DNA from: Longimicrobiales bacterium
GTDB taxonomy: Bacteria > Gemmatimonadota > Gemmatimonadetes > Longimicrobiales > Gaopeijiaceae
Direction: 5' to 3'
Assembly (NCBI GenBank): GCA_965202985.1
Contig: CBDBCF010000001.1
Location: 288,001-352,000, forward strand
DNA: 64,000 nt
The notes beneath the pieces are model-generated. The model was not told the DNA's origin. It ran no database searches and saw only the letters and a list, made by a program, of their open reading frames with translations. Positions 48,330-57,418 of the stretch are shown here, piece after piece. Both the position numbers and the translations under genes were made by a program. Numbering within the stretch: the stretch's first letter is position 1; the number at the start of each line of letters is the position of its first letter.

Positions 48330-50729
48330 ATGACAACAGCAGAAGAAACGATCACGAAAGCCGAAAAGTTGCTTGCGAAAGGCCACGCAAAGGAGCCCCA
48401 GCAACTCTTGACCGATCTTATTCAGCAGATGAACGCAACCGCCCTCTCTGATTGGCGCGCCGACCTTCTCAAGACGATCGACAAGTTTCAGCCGAAGTAC
48501 CGTCGAAAACTGTTGCAGCTTCTAGATCGCAAGAAGGTCACACCATCCGTTGTCCGCGAGTCCGCCACCGTTGCCTACCAGGCTCCGGTGACCTCAGCAA
48601 CTCCCGGCGACTTGCCCGGCGAAGACGCCTTCCGGCGGGATCTTGCAATACTTTCCGAGCGGCACATATTTCAATGGTCAAGCCACTACGATGCATGCCT
48701 AGCACGACACTTTGATATTTACTTCGCGCATCTGAAACAAACACCACCGGCCAAACACTATGCGGAATCCGCTCGAAGGCTCCTGCGTGAACACGCTCAC
48801 GACATCTTTTCCAAGGGCTATGGGTTTCAAGTAGAGCGCGTGGGGCAACCAACTGCAATGCAGAAATCGATTGGTGGACTCGCGCGATTTCTTGAACTTC
48901 CGCTTGCATACTACTCCGCACGATCATCCGACGCTGTCGATCGCGTCTCGATCCGGGCCCTTCGAGCTCTCTTCTCGTCTTCTCTGCTTGGCATCATGCA
49001 GGGATACGAATCGATCAAATTCGATCTCGGCACAGGCGCTACGGTACTGCCCCGCCACTTCAAGAGACTCGCCTACTATCTCGCGTTCCTGGAGCCCGCC
49101 GTGGCGGCGAAGGTCGTCGACCTCATCACCGAAGACGATGTGGCCGATCGGCTCCGTCGGGCGGTCATTCCTCTGCTCGAATCACTGGACACCCTGATTC
49201 GCAAGGATCACGAGGACTACTATCCGCTTCCCATCTTCGGTCGCTATCTCGATTCGCAGGGTCGGTTCGAGATCGGCGTGCGGGCACCCCAATCCGTGAC
49301 GTCGCGCTATGCGATCGAGGCGCACGCCTACTTGAACTATGAGCATGCTACTCCGTTGGTACTCGACGAAGCGCTGGCAAGTGGCGTCGCGCTTGTCGTG
49401 GCACCCTTGCCGCCCGATGTCGCGGCGCACGTATCGTCAAATCAACGCTTGGCCGATATTGTGGTCAAGACCAGCAGACCGCAAGAAGATGTGATTCAAG
49501 CAGCGGTCCACGCCTGGGATCGGGCGATCTATTCGCTCCGCAGCAAGCGTGCACAGACGACACCGTACAACATTGCAAGAGAGTTTCCTTTACGTGAGCC
49601 GGCCAAGGCCAAATTCTATCATGTCCAGCGCAACAGTGTGCGGGACCTGCTCCGGACGTTCGATCGCAAGAACGGGGTAAGGTTGTGGTGCAGCGTCAGG
49701 CGAAGCGGCAAGACAACCGCGTGCTTCGACTTCGACTTCACTGCTGGCGATTCCGCGATAGTCCCCCAGACATGTGGTACCAAGCCAACTCCAAACGGGC
49801 GGTTGTTCTACGACAGAATATGCGATGCCGTGGCGTTGCAAGCCCCGATCGGCAACGACTTCGTGACCAACCTTGTCCAGGAATGCGCGCCGGTTCCAAT
49901 GGAAGGCGGTCAACGAATCGTCTTTGTCGTCGACGAATACGAGACGTTGTTTGGGTATTTGCAAAGCGCAGCCGACCAGAACAGATTCCTGCGCTACACG
50001 ATCGTTCAACCTCTTCTCAATCAACTTGTGGAATTTGCTCGCGACAATTTGCTGGTGTTTCTGGGCCAACAACCGGACGCCCACTTCATTCTCATGGACC
50101 AGAACCAGCTTGCTCCCTACGTCGAACAGGATCGTTTTCCATTGTTCGGACACGTCGAAGGAACCGGCGCCGGCGAATTTGGACGACTGGTCGGAAAAAT
50201 CCTCTCCGATCGGATCGAAGTAAGTCCAGGTTTTTTGGACGCGCTCTATCGCGAGACTGCTGGCCATCCCTTTCTGACGGCCAACGTGCTGTGTGTGTTT
50301 GTGGACTGGCTGATTGAACAACAGTGGTCGCTTCGGGGATTGCGCCTTCGAGAACGTCATTTGCAATCCTTTCACGAACAGAAACACGGGTTTGAACAAC
50401 TGTCTCTTTACGAAGACTACAGCTTCTTTCGGAAAGCAGCACGACAAGCGATGAGCGAACGGGGTTATCGTTCGAACCGGTGGTTGTACACCGTATATTG
50501 GGTTCTTCGCGAGATTGCCATGTCGAATCGCTCGGAGTTGGCCGTGTCGCGCAACGACTTTGCAGAGGTCTTGGACCGCATCCCAGCCCCTGGGGACTTG
50601 CCGGACGCAAACGAGATTCTCCGCACGGCGTCGCAGGCCAACTTTCTTCGCGTGTCCGACGATCAAGTGAGCGTCAAGATTGGAACGTTGGGCAGGCTGG
50701 CGGCGTCGGTGCGGCCAGCGCAGGCGTGA
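48330..50729 (+). CDS. Large STAND-like P-loop NTPase with unrecognised ~430-aa N-terminal region (799 aa)
   Basis: Walker A variant SVRRSGKTT, Walker B IVFVVDEYE, STAND GxP motif TAGHPFL, C-terminal winged-helix-like end; atypical codon usage. Confidence 0.75.
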   Translation: MTTAEETITKAEKLLAKGHAKEPQQLLTDLIQQMNATALSDWRADLLKTIDKFQPKYRRKLLQLLDRKKVTPSVVRESATVAYQAPVTSATPGDLPGEDAFRRDLAILSERHIFQWSSHYDACLARHFDIYFAHLKQTPPAKHYAESARRLLREHAHDIFSKGYGFQVERVGQPTAMQKSIGGLARFLELPLAYYSARSSDAVDRVSIRALRALFSSSLLGIMQGYESIKFDLGTGATVLPRHFKRLAYYLAFLEPAVAAKVVDLITEDDVADRLRRAVIPLLESLDTLIRKDHEDYYPLPIFGRYLDSQGRFEIGVRAPQSVTSRYAIEAHAYLNYEHATPLVLDEALASGVALVVAPLPPDVAAHVSSNQRLADIVVKTSRPQEDVIQAAVHAWDRAIYSLRSKRAQTTPYNIAREFPLREPAKAKFYHVQRNSVRDLLRTFDRKNGVRLWCSVRRSGKTTACFDFDFTAGDSAIVPQTCGTKPTPNGRLFYDRICDAVALQAPIGNDFVTNLVQECAPVPMEGGQRIVFVVDEYETLFGYLQSAADQNRFLRYTIVQPLLNQLVEFARDNLLVFLGQQPDAHFILMDQNQLAPYVEQDRFPLFGHVEGTGAGEFGRLVGKILSDRIEVSPGFLDALYRETAGHPFLTANVLCVFVDWLIEQQWSLRGLRLRERHLQSFHEQKHGFEQLSLYEDYSFFRKAARQAMSERGYRSNRWLYTVYWVLREIAMSNRSELAVSRNDFAEVLDRIPAPGDLPDANEILRTASQANFLRVSDDQVSVKIGTLGRLAASVRPAQA

Positions 50730-50759
50730 AACGAAACGGGAAGGAGGGGTAGGCGGACG

Positions 50760-51776
50760 GTGATCAAGGCGTCTGACGTAGTTGAGGATATCCGAAAGCG
50801 TCGAGGCAGCTCGAAAGAGCCAGTGCGGTTCTACTGGGTAACGGTGACTTCGCAGACCGAGCCCGCTGATCGAAGTGCGTTCGTGGACGCCGTACGGCAC
50901 CTGACATCGGATGAGGCGGCATGCTCGATCGCTTTGCGTACAGAACGGTTCACTCATCCAGACATGGTCATGGACGATCTCGCAAAGACGCTTGAAGAGA
51001 TCAAGAGCCAGGTGCTCGCGTCGGAATTGAAGGTGCGAGTTGAGAAGGCCGGATCACTGGACGTGGTCGTCGTGTCGCGAAAGAGCTTCGAGTTGGCCGT
51101 CAACACGTCGCCACTCCAACTGCCGGAGTGGTTTCCGGTGTCGCCTGAACAGGTCGTCAATGCTTCGGTGACCGACTTGACGCTGCGTGTGGCGGTGCCC
51201 CTGTCCCACGTCGACACGGGCGAGCTCTGTCGCTTGCTTTACGAGCTGGACCGTGGGTTGCTGAGGCGAATCAAGGCTGGATTGGACGCGGACCCGAAGT
51301 TGGTCAATCAATTTCTCACCGAGTGTCGGGACAGGACCAGGGGAGTGGCGTCTTATCAAGAGGTGCTGGTCGACGTCGAGAGGAAGCTGGACGACGTCCG
51401 GAATCCAAGGGACTATCGCCCGAGTAGGGCCGGAAGCTGTACTCTGGTGGGCCACATTTGGCACTTGGCCAATACGAAGTCAGCCAACGATCTGGTCAAG
51501 ATTGCGAAGAGCCTGGCCTGTGCGGCTGGGATGGGAGCTGCGAGCGTGGATGATTTCCCCGAGGCCCTGTTGACCGTGCTTGGTCGTCCCAGGATTCGGC
51601 ACGCGGACTCTCGATGGGCATACAACGTGATCATGAGCACCCAAGGCGCGTGTCAATTGATTACGGCAGCCGCGCACGCCGACCGCTACGGGCGGTACCC
51701 GGCCTGGTTGCTGCGGTCGTTGTCGCTGGACCTGCGGAGGTCCCTCGACGACGCCGTACGATTGCTGGCGAGTTGA
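50760..51776 (+). CDS. Hypothetical protein (338 aa), partner of the NTPase
   Basis: AAGGAGG RBS, 30 bp after the NTPase, same atypical composition. Confidence 0.75.
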   Translation: MIKASDVVEDIRKRRGSSKEPVRFYWVTVTSQTEPADRSAFVDAVRHLTSDEAACSIALRTERFTHPDMVMDDLAKTLEEIKSQVLASELKVRVEKAGSLDVVVVSRKSFELAVNTSPLQLPEWFPVSPEQVVNASVTDLTLRVAVPLSHVDTGELCRLLYELDRGLLRRIKAGLDADPKLVNQFLTECRDRTRGVASYQEVLVDVERKLDDVRNPRDYRPSRAGSCTLVGHIWHLANTKSANDLVKIAKSLACAAGMGAASVDDFPEALLTVLGRPRIRHADSRWAYNVIMSTQGACQLITAAAHADRYGRYPAWLLRSLSLDLRRSLDDAVRLLAS

Positions 51777-51792
51777 CCTCTTTCGAGCCGCC

Positions 51793-52983
51793 CTACCCGC
51801 CCCGCCCCAGGAAGGCGTGCCACTGGGCCAGCGCCTCCCTCTCCCGGGCGGCGTCGATGCCGGCGCGCAACGCGGCTTGGCGCTCGGCGGGACGCGAGAA
51901 GTGGTACTCCAGCGTGGCGGAGGTCGTGTCGGCCAAGGAGCGGAACGTCAGGCCCTTTTCCACTTCGGGCGCGAGGTCGAAGCGGGCGAACCCTTCCCAG
52001 CCGTCTCGGGCCGGGCGCCACACGGGCAGCTCTCGGTAGGGACGCAGGCCGGCGTCGATCAGGAAGTCCGCGTCCACCCAGGTGAAGGTGGTCTCGGCGG
52101 TGGTGACGGCGCGGATGCCGTAGAGCAGTTCGGCCATGGGCCTGGGCGTGCGCGGACCCACGACGTTGTACGTGCCCGACTCGCCGTCTTCGGCCATGCG
52201 CACAAGCCACTCGCCGAAGTCGCGCGCGTCGATGATCTGCACGGGGTCGGAGCCGTCGCCGGGTGCCAGGACCTCGCCGCCTCGGTGGATGCGGACGGGC
52301 CAGTAGGTGAAGCGGTCGGTCGTGTCGCCCGGTCCGATGATGAGACCGGGACGGAAGACCAGGGTTCGATCCGGGCCGAACGCGTCTCGCGCCCGCTGCT
52401 CCGCCAGCGCCTTGGACAGCCCGTAGGGAAGCCGCTCCGCGCCGGGTTCGACGCCCGCCGACTCGTAGGTCCACACCGGTTCGGCGACGGACATCGGCAC
52501 TTGGCTGGGATCGGCGTACACCGAGCGCGTGGACACGAAGACGTAGCGCTCGCAGGCGTCCTTGAGCAGTCCGGCGCTGCGCTCCACCCACTCCGGGTTG
52601 ATCGCCGAGTTGTCCACTACCACATCCCACGACCGGCCCTCCAGCGCGCTCAGGTCGCCGGTGCGGTCGCCCACCAGCTTCTCGACGCCCGGGAAGAGGT
52701 GCGGGTTGGTGCGGCCTCGGTTGAAGAGCGTGACCTCGTGGCCGCGGGCCAGGGCGTACTCGACTTGGTGCGGGCCGATGAAGTTCGTGCCGCCCAGCAC
52801 CAGAATGCGGAGCGCGCGAGCGGGCGAGGGCTTCGCGGCTGCTTGCCCAGCGGTGTTGCCGGGAGCGCCGGAATCGACGCGGGCGCGTCCCGCCAGCCCC
52901 GAGGGGCGACCCGTGCTCGCCAGCAGGGCACCGCCCGCGGCCGCCGTCGTCTTCAGAAACCGTCTCCGGTTGGTCCAGGTCAC
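51793..52983 (-). CDS. Tat-signal NAD-dependent epimerase/dehydratase (atypical SDR)
   Basis: NRRRFLK, ILVLGGTNFIG, YGLSK, RPGLIIGPGD. Confidence 0.9.
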   Translation of the reverse strand: MTWTNRRRFLKTTAAAGGALLASTGRPSGLAGRARVDSGAPGNTAGQAAAKPSPARALRILVLGGTNFIGPHQVEYALARGHEVTLFNRGRTNPHLFPGVEKLVGDRTGDLSALEGRSWDVVVDNSAINPEWVERSAGLLKDACERYVFVSTRSVYADPSQVPMSVAEPVWTYESAGVEPGAERLPYGLSKALAEQRARDAFGPDRTLVFRPGLIIGPGDTTDRFTYWPVRIHRGGEVLAPGDGSDPVQIIDARDFGEWLVRMAEDGESGTYNVVGPRTPRPMAELLYGIRAVTTAETTFTWVDADFLIDAGLRPYRELPVWRPARDGWEGFARFDLAPEVEKGLTFRSLADTTSATLEYHFSRPAERQAALRAGIDAAREREALAQWHAFLGRGG

Positions 52984-53013
52984 AGGTTCTCCTCCGTGCT
53001 TTGGATTCTCAAC

Positions 53014-53835
53014 TCAAAGGTCGCGCTTGCGCATTGCCAAGTACCCGATCGCCAGGAACGCCGCAACATACGAGAGCGCAAGAGCGGTCACGACGCCAGC
53101 ATCGGGAAACTCGAGAGGCGGAGCCCCCGCCTGGGCCCTCTGGGCGTTCGTTTCCGCGAGACGCTCGGGGTAGTGAAACCGCGAGTCGATCAAGATTTGG
53201 AATGTTCGGAAGGGCAGGTAGTCCAACAAGCCCTTCAGGCTGTCGAAGCGGCTCAAGATGAGGCCCGCGAACTGCTCCATCAGCATGCACCCGAACAGGA
53301 GGCCCATTGCGGGCCCCGACGCCCGGACGGTGGCCGCGAGCATCACGCTGCCGCTGCCAACTAGGAGGAGGGCGAACGCAAAGCCGCGGAGCAAGGAAAG
53401 GTCGGTGCTTCGAAGCAGGTCCGGGCCGTTGTCTCCCGGGCTGAGCAGCGCCGCTCCGCCGCCGATCGCCACCGAGAACGTGAAGAACGCGGCCGCGAGC
53501 AAGCCCAGGACCATGAGCTTGCCTGCGTAGAACCGGTCCTTGCTCATGCCGTCGATGATGTTCTGCCTCGCCGTCCGCCACTGGAACTCGGGAGCGAAGA
53601 GCAGGATCAGGAGCACGCCCAGAAAGAACGGCCCGATGTTCGACGGGTACCCCAGAATGCTGGCCCAGTCGTCCGGCAGGAAGAACGGCCACTCGGGCTC
53701 GGCGAACTCCCTTCGCACCTGGTCGAACGAATCGCCGACCAGCGGGATCAGGAAGATCGCCAGCACGACCCACAACGCCCGACGCTTTCGGGCCTTGAGG
53801 ACCTCGTTCCGGAAGATCGCCGCCATGCCGGTCAC
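53014..53835 (-). CDS. ABC-2 type transporter permease
   Basis: Six TM segments, EFQWRTARQNIIDG..K; GTGA overlap with the ATPase gene. Confidence 0.88.
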   Translation of the reverse strand: MTGMAAIFRNEVLKARKRRALWVVLAIFLIPLVGDSFDQVRREFAEPEWPFFLPDDWASILGYPSNIGPFFLGVLLILLFAPEFQWRTARQNIIDGMSKDRFYAGKLMVLGLLAAAFFTFSVAIGGGAALLSPGDNGPDLLRSTDLSLLRGFAFALLLVGSGSVMLAATVRASGPAMGLLFGCMLMEQFAGLILSRFDSLKGLLDYLPFRTFQILIDSRFHYPERLAETNAQRAQAGAPPLEFPDAGVVTALALSYVAAFLAIGYLAMRKRDL

Positions 53836-54818
53836 GAGCGGCCCTCCGACGACGCACCGGCTTCTGCTTGGCCCGCCCCGGCCTCCGACGCGATCCCCGT
53901 CATCGACGAGAAGTCGCCCTCGGTCAGGTCGATGAACGCGTCCTCCAAACTCCGCTTGCGGCGCGCCAAGTGGGAGACGAAGACGCCGCGACCGGCCAGG
54001 TGCCGGTTCAGGTCCGCCAAGTCGCCGGACTCGAGGTCCACCAGCGTGCCGCCGTCGCCGGGACGAACCGCCTCCGCGCCCCCGTACTCGGCCAGGGCCG
54101 CCCGCAGGGCCTCGTCGTCGTCCGACTTGACCAGCGCCGTGACCTTGTCGCCCGCGATCTCGGAGACGGCCCCGCTGCGCACGATCCTTCCCTTGCGCAC
54201 GATGGCGACATGGGTGCAGGTGCGCTCCACCTCCCACAGAAGGTGGCTGGACAGGAAGATCGTCCTTCCGCGCTCCGCCAGGAGGCCGATGATCTCGCGG
54301 ATTTCGCGCATTCCCTGGGGGTCCAGCCCGTTGGCGGGCTCGTCCAGAACGATCAGCTCGGGGTCGTTCAGCATGGTGGCGGCCAGGGCCAGGCGCTGCT
54401 TCATCCCCAGCGAGTAGGCGCGGAAGCGGTCTTTCGCGCGGTCCGCCAAGCCGACCAGCTCCAGGCACTCGTCGATGCGCCGTCCGTCCACGCCCTTCAC
54501 GCGAGCCGCGATCCGCAGGTTGTCGCGCCCGCTCAGGTACGGGTAGAAGTTCGGCATCTCCAAGGTGGCGCCGACGCGCGAGCGGGCGGCCAGCAGGTCC
54601 CTGGGGCTCGACGCGCCGAAGAGGCGAAAGCTCCCGGCTGTGGGCGTGACGATCCCGACCAGCATCCCGATCGTGGTGGTCTTGCCGCTCCCGTTGGGAC
54701 CCAGGAACCCGAAGACTTGTCCCGCCTCCACCGCAAGGTCCACGTGGTCCACGGCCAGCACCTCCCGGCGGCGGCTCTTGTAGAGCTTCGTGAGTGCGTC
54801 GGTCTCGATTACGGTCAT
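53832..54818 (-). CDS. ABC transporter ATP-binding protein
   Basis: GPNGSGKTT, YSLGMKQR, LDEPANGLDP, SSH. Confidence 0.95.
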   Translation of the reverse strand: MTVIETDALTKLYKSRRREVLAVDHVDLAVEAGQVFGFLGPNGSGKTTTIGMLVGIVTPTAGSFRLFGASSPRDLLAARSRVGATLEMPNFYPYLSGRDNLRIAARVKGVDGRRIDECLELVGLADRAKDRFRAYSLGMKQRLALAATMLNDPELIVLDEPANGLDPQGMREIREIIGLLAERGRTIFLSSHLLWEVERTCTHVAIVRKGRIVRSGAVSEIAGDKVTALVKSDDDEALRAALAEYGGAEAVRPGDGGTLVDLESGDLADLNRHLAGRGVFVSHLARRKRSLEDAFIDLTEGDFSSMTGIASEAGAGQAEAGASSEGRS

Positions 54819-55062
54819 GTGCGTTGGGTTCGGAGTCGGTACATCATGTTCGAGCCCCCAGTGCAGGGGCAACCCTTGCGGGACGTCCGACAGGCAACGC
54901 GGGGCGCGGGCGCGGGCGTCCAACTTCTGTTCCGGGCGCAGGCTCGGGTTGCGTCGCGCTTCGGCCGTTCTTTACTTGGGAGGGTGGCGTCGCGCGCAAC
55001 CAGCGTCCGCCCGGGCTGTCGCCAATCCGCGAACCACACCGCCTGATGAGAGAACCGACACC

Positions 55063-56889
55063 ATGAATCGGAAGCTGGAGTTCGGCCGCTTCTGGAGGGA
55101 ACTCCGTCGGCGCCACGTGGTGCGAGCGGGGGGCATGTACGCCGTCTCGGCCTTCGTCGTCTTGCAGCTGGGCGAGATCGTCTTGCCCGCATTCAACACG
55201 CCGGACTGGGCACTGCAATCGTTGGTGGTGGCGGCCTTCTTGGGCCTTCCGGTGGTGCTTTCCTTGGCGTGGGCGTACGACCTGACGTCCGAGGGTCTCC
55301 GCCGGACGCGCCACGACGGCCGGACCGGGAAGTCTTCGGCGGCGCCGCGCTGGGCGCTCCTGGGAGTGACGACCGTCTCCGTGGCCTTCGCCGGCTTCTG
55401 GTTCAGCCGAAGCTTCCTGGGGAACGGGAGCGGCGGCGGAGCGGACGGGACCTCGGCTGCAAGCGCGTCGGCGGACGGCGCCCAGCCCGGTGGGGGAGCG
55501 GTCTTCGCCAGCTACGACCCCAGCGTCCCGATCACGGCCGTGGCGGTCCTGCCGCTGGCCAACTTCGCGCAGGGAGACGACCTGTTCGCCCGTCAGCTGC
55601 ACGACGAGATCATCACGCAGCTGTCCAAGGCGACCCGCTTCCGCGTGGCGTCGCGCGCTTCCGTGGTGCGCTACTCGGAGACGGAGCTTCCGCTGCCCCG
55701 CGTCGCCGAGGAGCTGCGGGTGCAGGCCGTCGTGACGGGTTCGGTCGCCATGGCGGGCGACAGCGACAGCGTGCGCGTCAGCATCCAGCTCGTTCACGCG
55801 CCTTCGGACACCCATCTGCTCACGCGGACGTTTCAGCGGGAAATGAAGGATGTCTTGCGCCTCCAAACCGAAGTGGCGAACGAAATCGCTCGGGCCGTGC
55901 GGGGCGAAGTCGAGAACGAGGAAGGGGAGGCGGAGAGCGAAATGGCGCACCTGGCGCCCGTGGACCCGGAGGCACACCGGGCCTTCCTGCGGGGCTGGGA
56001 GAACTTGGAGCGGCCGGTGCCCAACGTGGAAGCGGCGATGGACCACTTCGGCGCCGCCGTGACGGCCGACCCCGATTTCGTGGGAGCGTGGGTGAGCTTG
56101 GCGGAGGCGAGCCTCCTGATGCTGGCGGACACGCCCCCCGACGCGCCGCCCGACGACCTGGTCCAGCGCGTGGAGGAATCGGTTCGCCGGGCGGAGGCTC
56201 TGGGCGGCGCCGAGGACGACGTGGTCGCGCTTCGGCTCATGTTTTCGGAAGCGATGGGAGATGCGCCCCGCTCCGAGTCCGATTCCTTGTCGCGCATGTG
56301 GGTGCGCGAGTTCACGGACATCGGCCGGCGGATGGCGCGCTCCATGGCGGGACGGGTCGCCGCCGCGCAGTACTTCTTCGAGACGGGCCGCTACGACAGC
56401 GCCGCCGTCGTCTTGCACGACCTGCTGGAGGCCGATTCCGCCGACTCGGAAGCGTGGCGGGCGCTCGAAGACATGTACGTGTTGCTGGAAGACTATTCCC
56501 GAGCGCTGGAGGTGCGGGCCGAACGGACCCTGGCCGAGACCGGGCAGGAGGTGCAGAGCATCGAGATCGAGCGCGACGCGGACGACCCGGCGACGAGCTA
56601 CTGGAGGCTGCGCCGCCAGGACAACAGGGCCCGTCAGGCCTGGGGGATCCCCGTGCCGCACGTGGCGTTGGCGGCAACGGCCCTGGGGCTGGGAGAACGG
56701 GACGAAGCGATTCGGCAGCTGGAGTTGGCGGTGGCCCAACGGGCGCCCGGCCTGGGCACGTTGAGGAACAGCCCCATCTGGGACTCCCTGCGAGACGACC
56801 CCGAGTTTCGGGAGATCGCCAGGCGGGCGAGAGACCTGTGGCGGCCCGGCGGCCGCAGGGCGACTTCGGGCAGGCCCGGGACGCGCTAG
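55063..56889 (+). CDS. Membrane protein with TolB-N-like and TPR domains
   Basis: ELRRRHVVR...Y with three TM helices, AVAVLPLAN, ASRASV, TPR region, WDSLRDDPEF ending. Confidence 0.8.
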   Translation: MNRKLEFGRFWRELRRRHVVRAGGMYAVSAFVVLQLGEIVLPAFNTPDWALQSLVVAAFLGLPVVLSLAWAYDLTSEGLRRTRHDGRTGKSSAAPRWALLGVTTVSVAFAGFWFSRSFLGNGSGGGADGTSAASASADGAQPGGGAVFASYDPSVPITAVAVLPLANFAQGDDLFARQLHDEIITQLSKATRFRVASRASVVRYSETELPLPRVAEELRVQAVVTGSVAMAGDSDSVRVSIQLVHAPSDTHLLTRTFQREMKDVLRLQTEVANEIARAVRGEVENEEGEAESEMAHLAPVDPEAHRAFLRGWENLERPVPNVEAAMDHFGAAVTADPDFVGAWVSLAEASLLMLADTPPDAPPDDLVQRVEESVRRAEALGGAEDDVVALRLMFSEAMGDAPRSESDSLSRMWVREFTDIGRRMARSMAGRVAAAQYFFETGRYDSAAVVLHDLLEADSADSEAWRALEDMYVLLEDYSRALEVRAERTLAETGQEVQSIEIERDADDPATSYWRLRRQDNRARQAWGIPVPHVALAATALGLGERDEAIRQLELAVAQRAPGLGTLRNSPIWDSLRDDPEFREIARRARDLWRPGGRRATSGRPGTR

Positions 56890-56893
56890 GCTT

Positions 56894-57418
56894 CTATGGG
56901 GTGGCGGGCATCCGCAGAACCAAAGCCCCGCCTTCGTCCATCGTCACCAGGGCCACTTCCCCCGCGGCCAGCTCCACTTCGCCTTCCCAAGCGACGGGGG
57001 CGGAAACTGGGTCCGGCGAGTCCGCGGCTTCGGGCGGCACGGGCTCGAAGCGAACCGACAGGGCCGCTCGACCGGCTTCGACTGGAAGGTTGCGGAAGAC
57101 ATAGACGGGCTGGTCGCCCCGCGCTCCCTTGGGAAACACGGTGTCGCGGACGACCGCACGACCGCCGACGGACACGTCCAGCGCGAAGGGGACCGGCGTT
57201 CGGGTGCACTCGCGGGGGTTGCGCATGTGGACCGGAAGGGCTTCCAGCTCTTGGGCCGAGCGGATTCTGCACGCTTCGACAGACGCGCCGGCCGCGCGCC
57301 ACGAAAGGCGAATCAGCGCATCGGCGCGGCCGAACTCGGACGGCACTCGGGACAGGAATGCGACTGCGGTCGCCATCGCCACGGCGAGAACGGCGGCTGC
57401 GGCCCGGCGCACCGTCAC
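56894..57418 (-). CDS. Membrane-anchored hypothetical protein coupled to the cytochrome b fusion
   Basis: GTGA overlap, N-terminal anchor, C...LPVHMR...C segment, beta-rich C-terminus. Confidence 0.7.
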   Translation of the reverse strand: MTVRRAAAAVLAVAMATAVAFLSRVPSEFGRADALIRLSWRAAGASVEACRIRSAQELEALPVHMRNPRECTRTPVPFALDVSVGGRAVVRDTVFPKGARGDQPVYVFRNLPVEAGRAALSVRFEPVPPEAADSPDPVSAPVAWEGEVELAAGEVALVTMDEGGALVLRMPATP

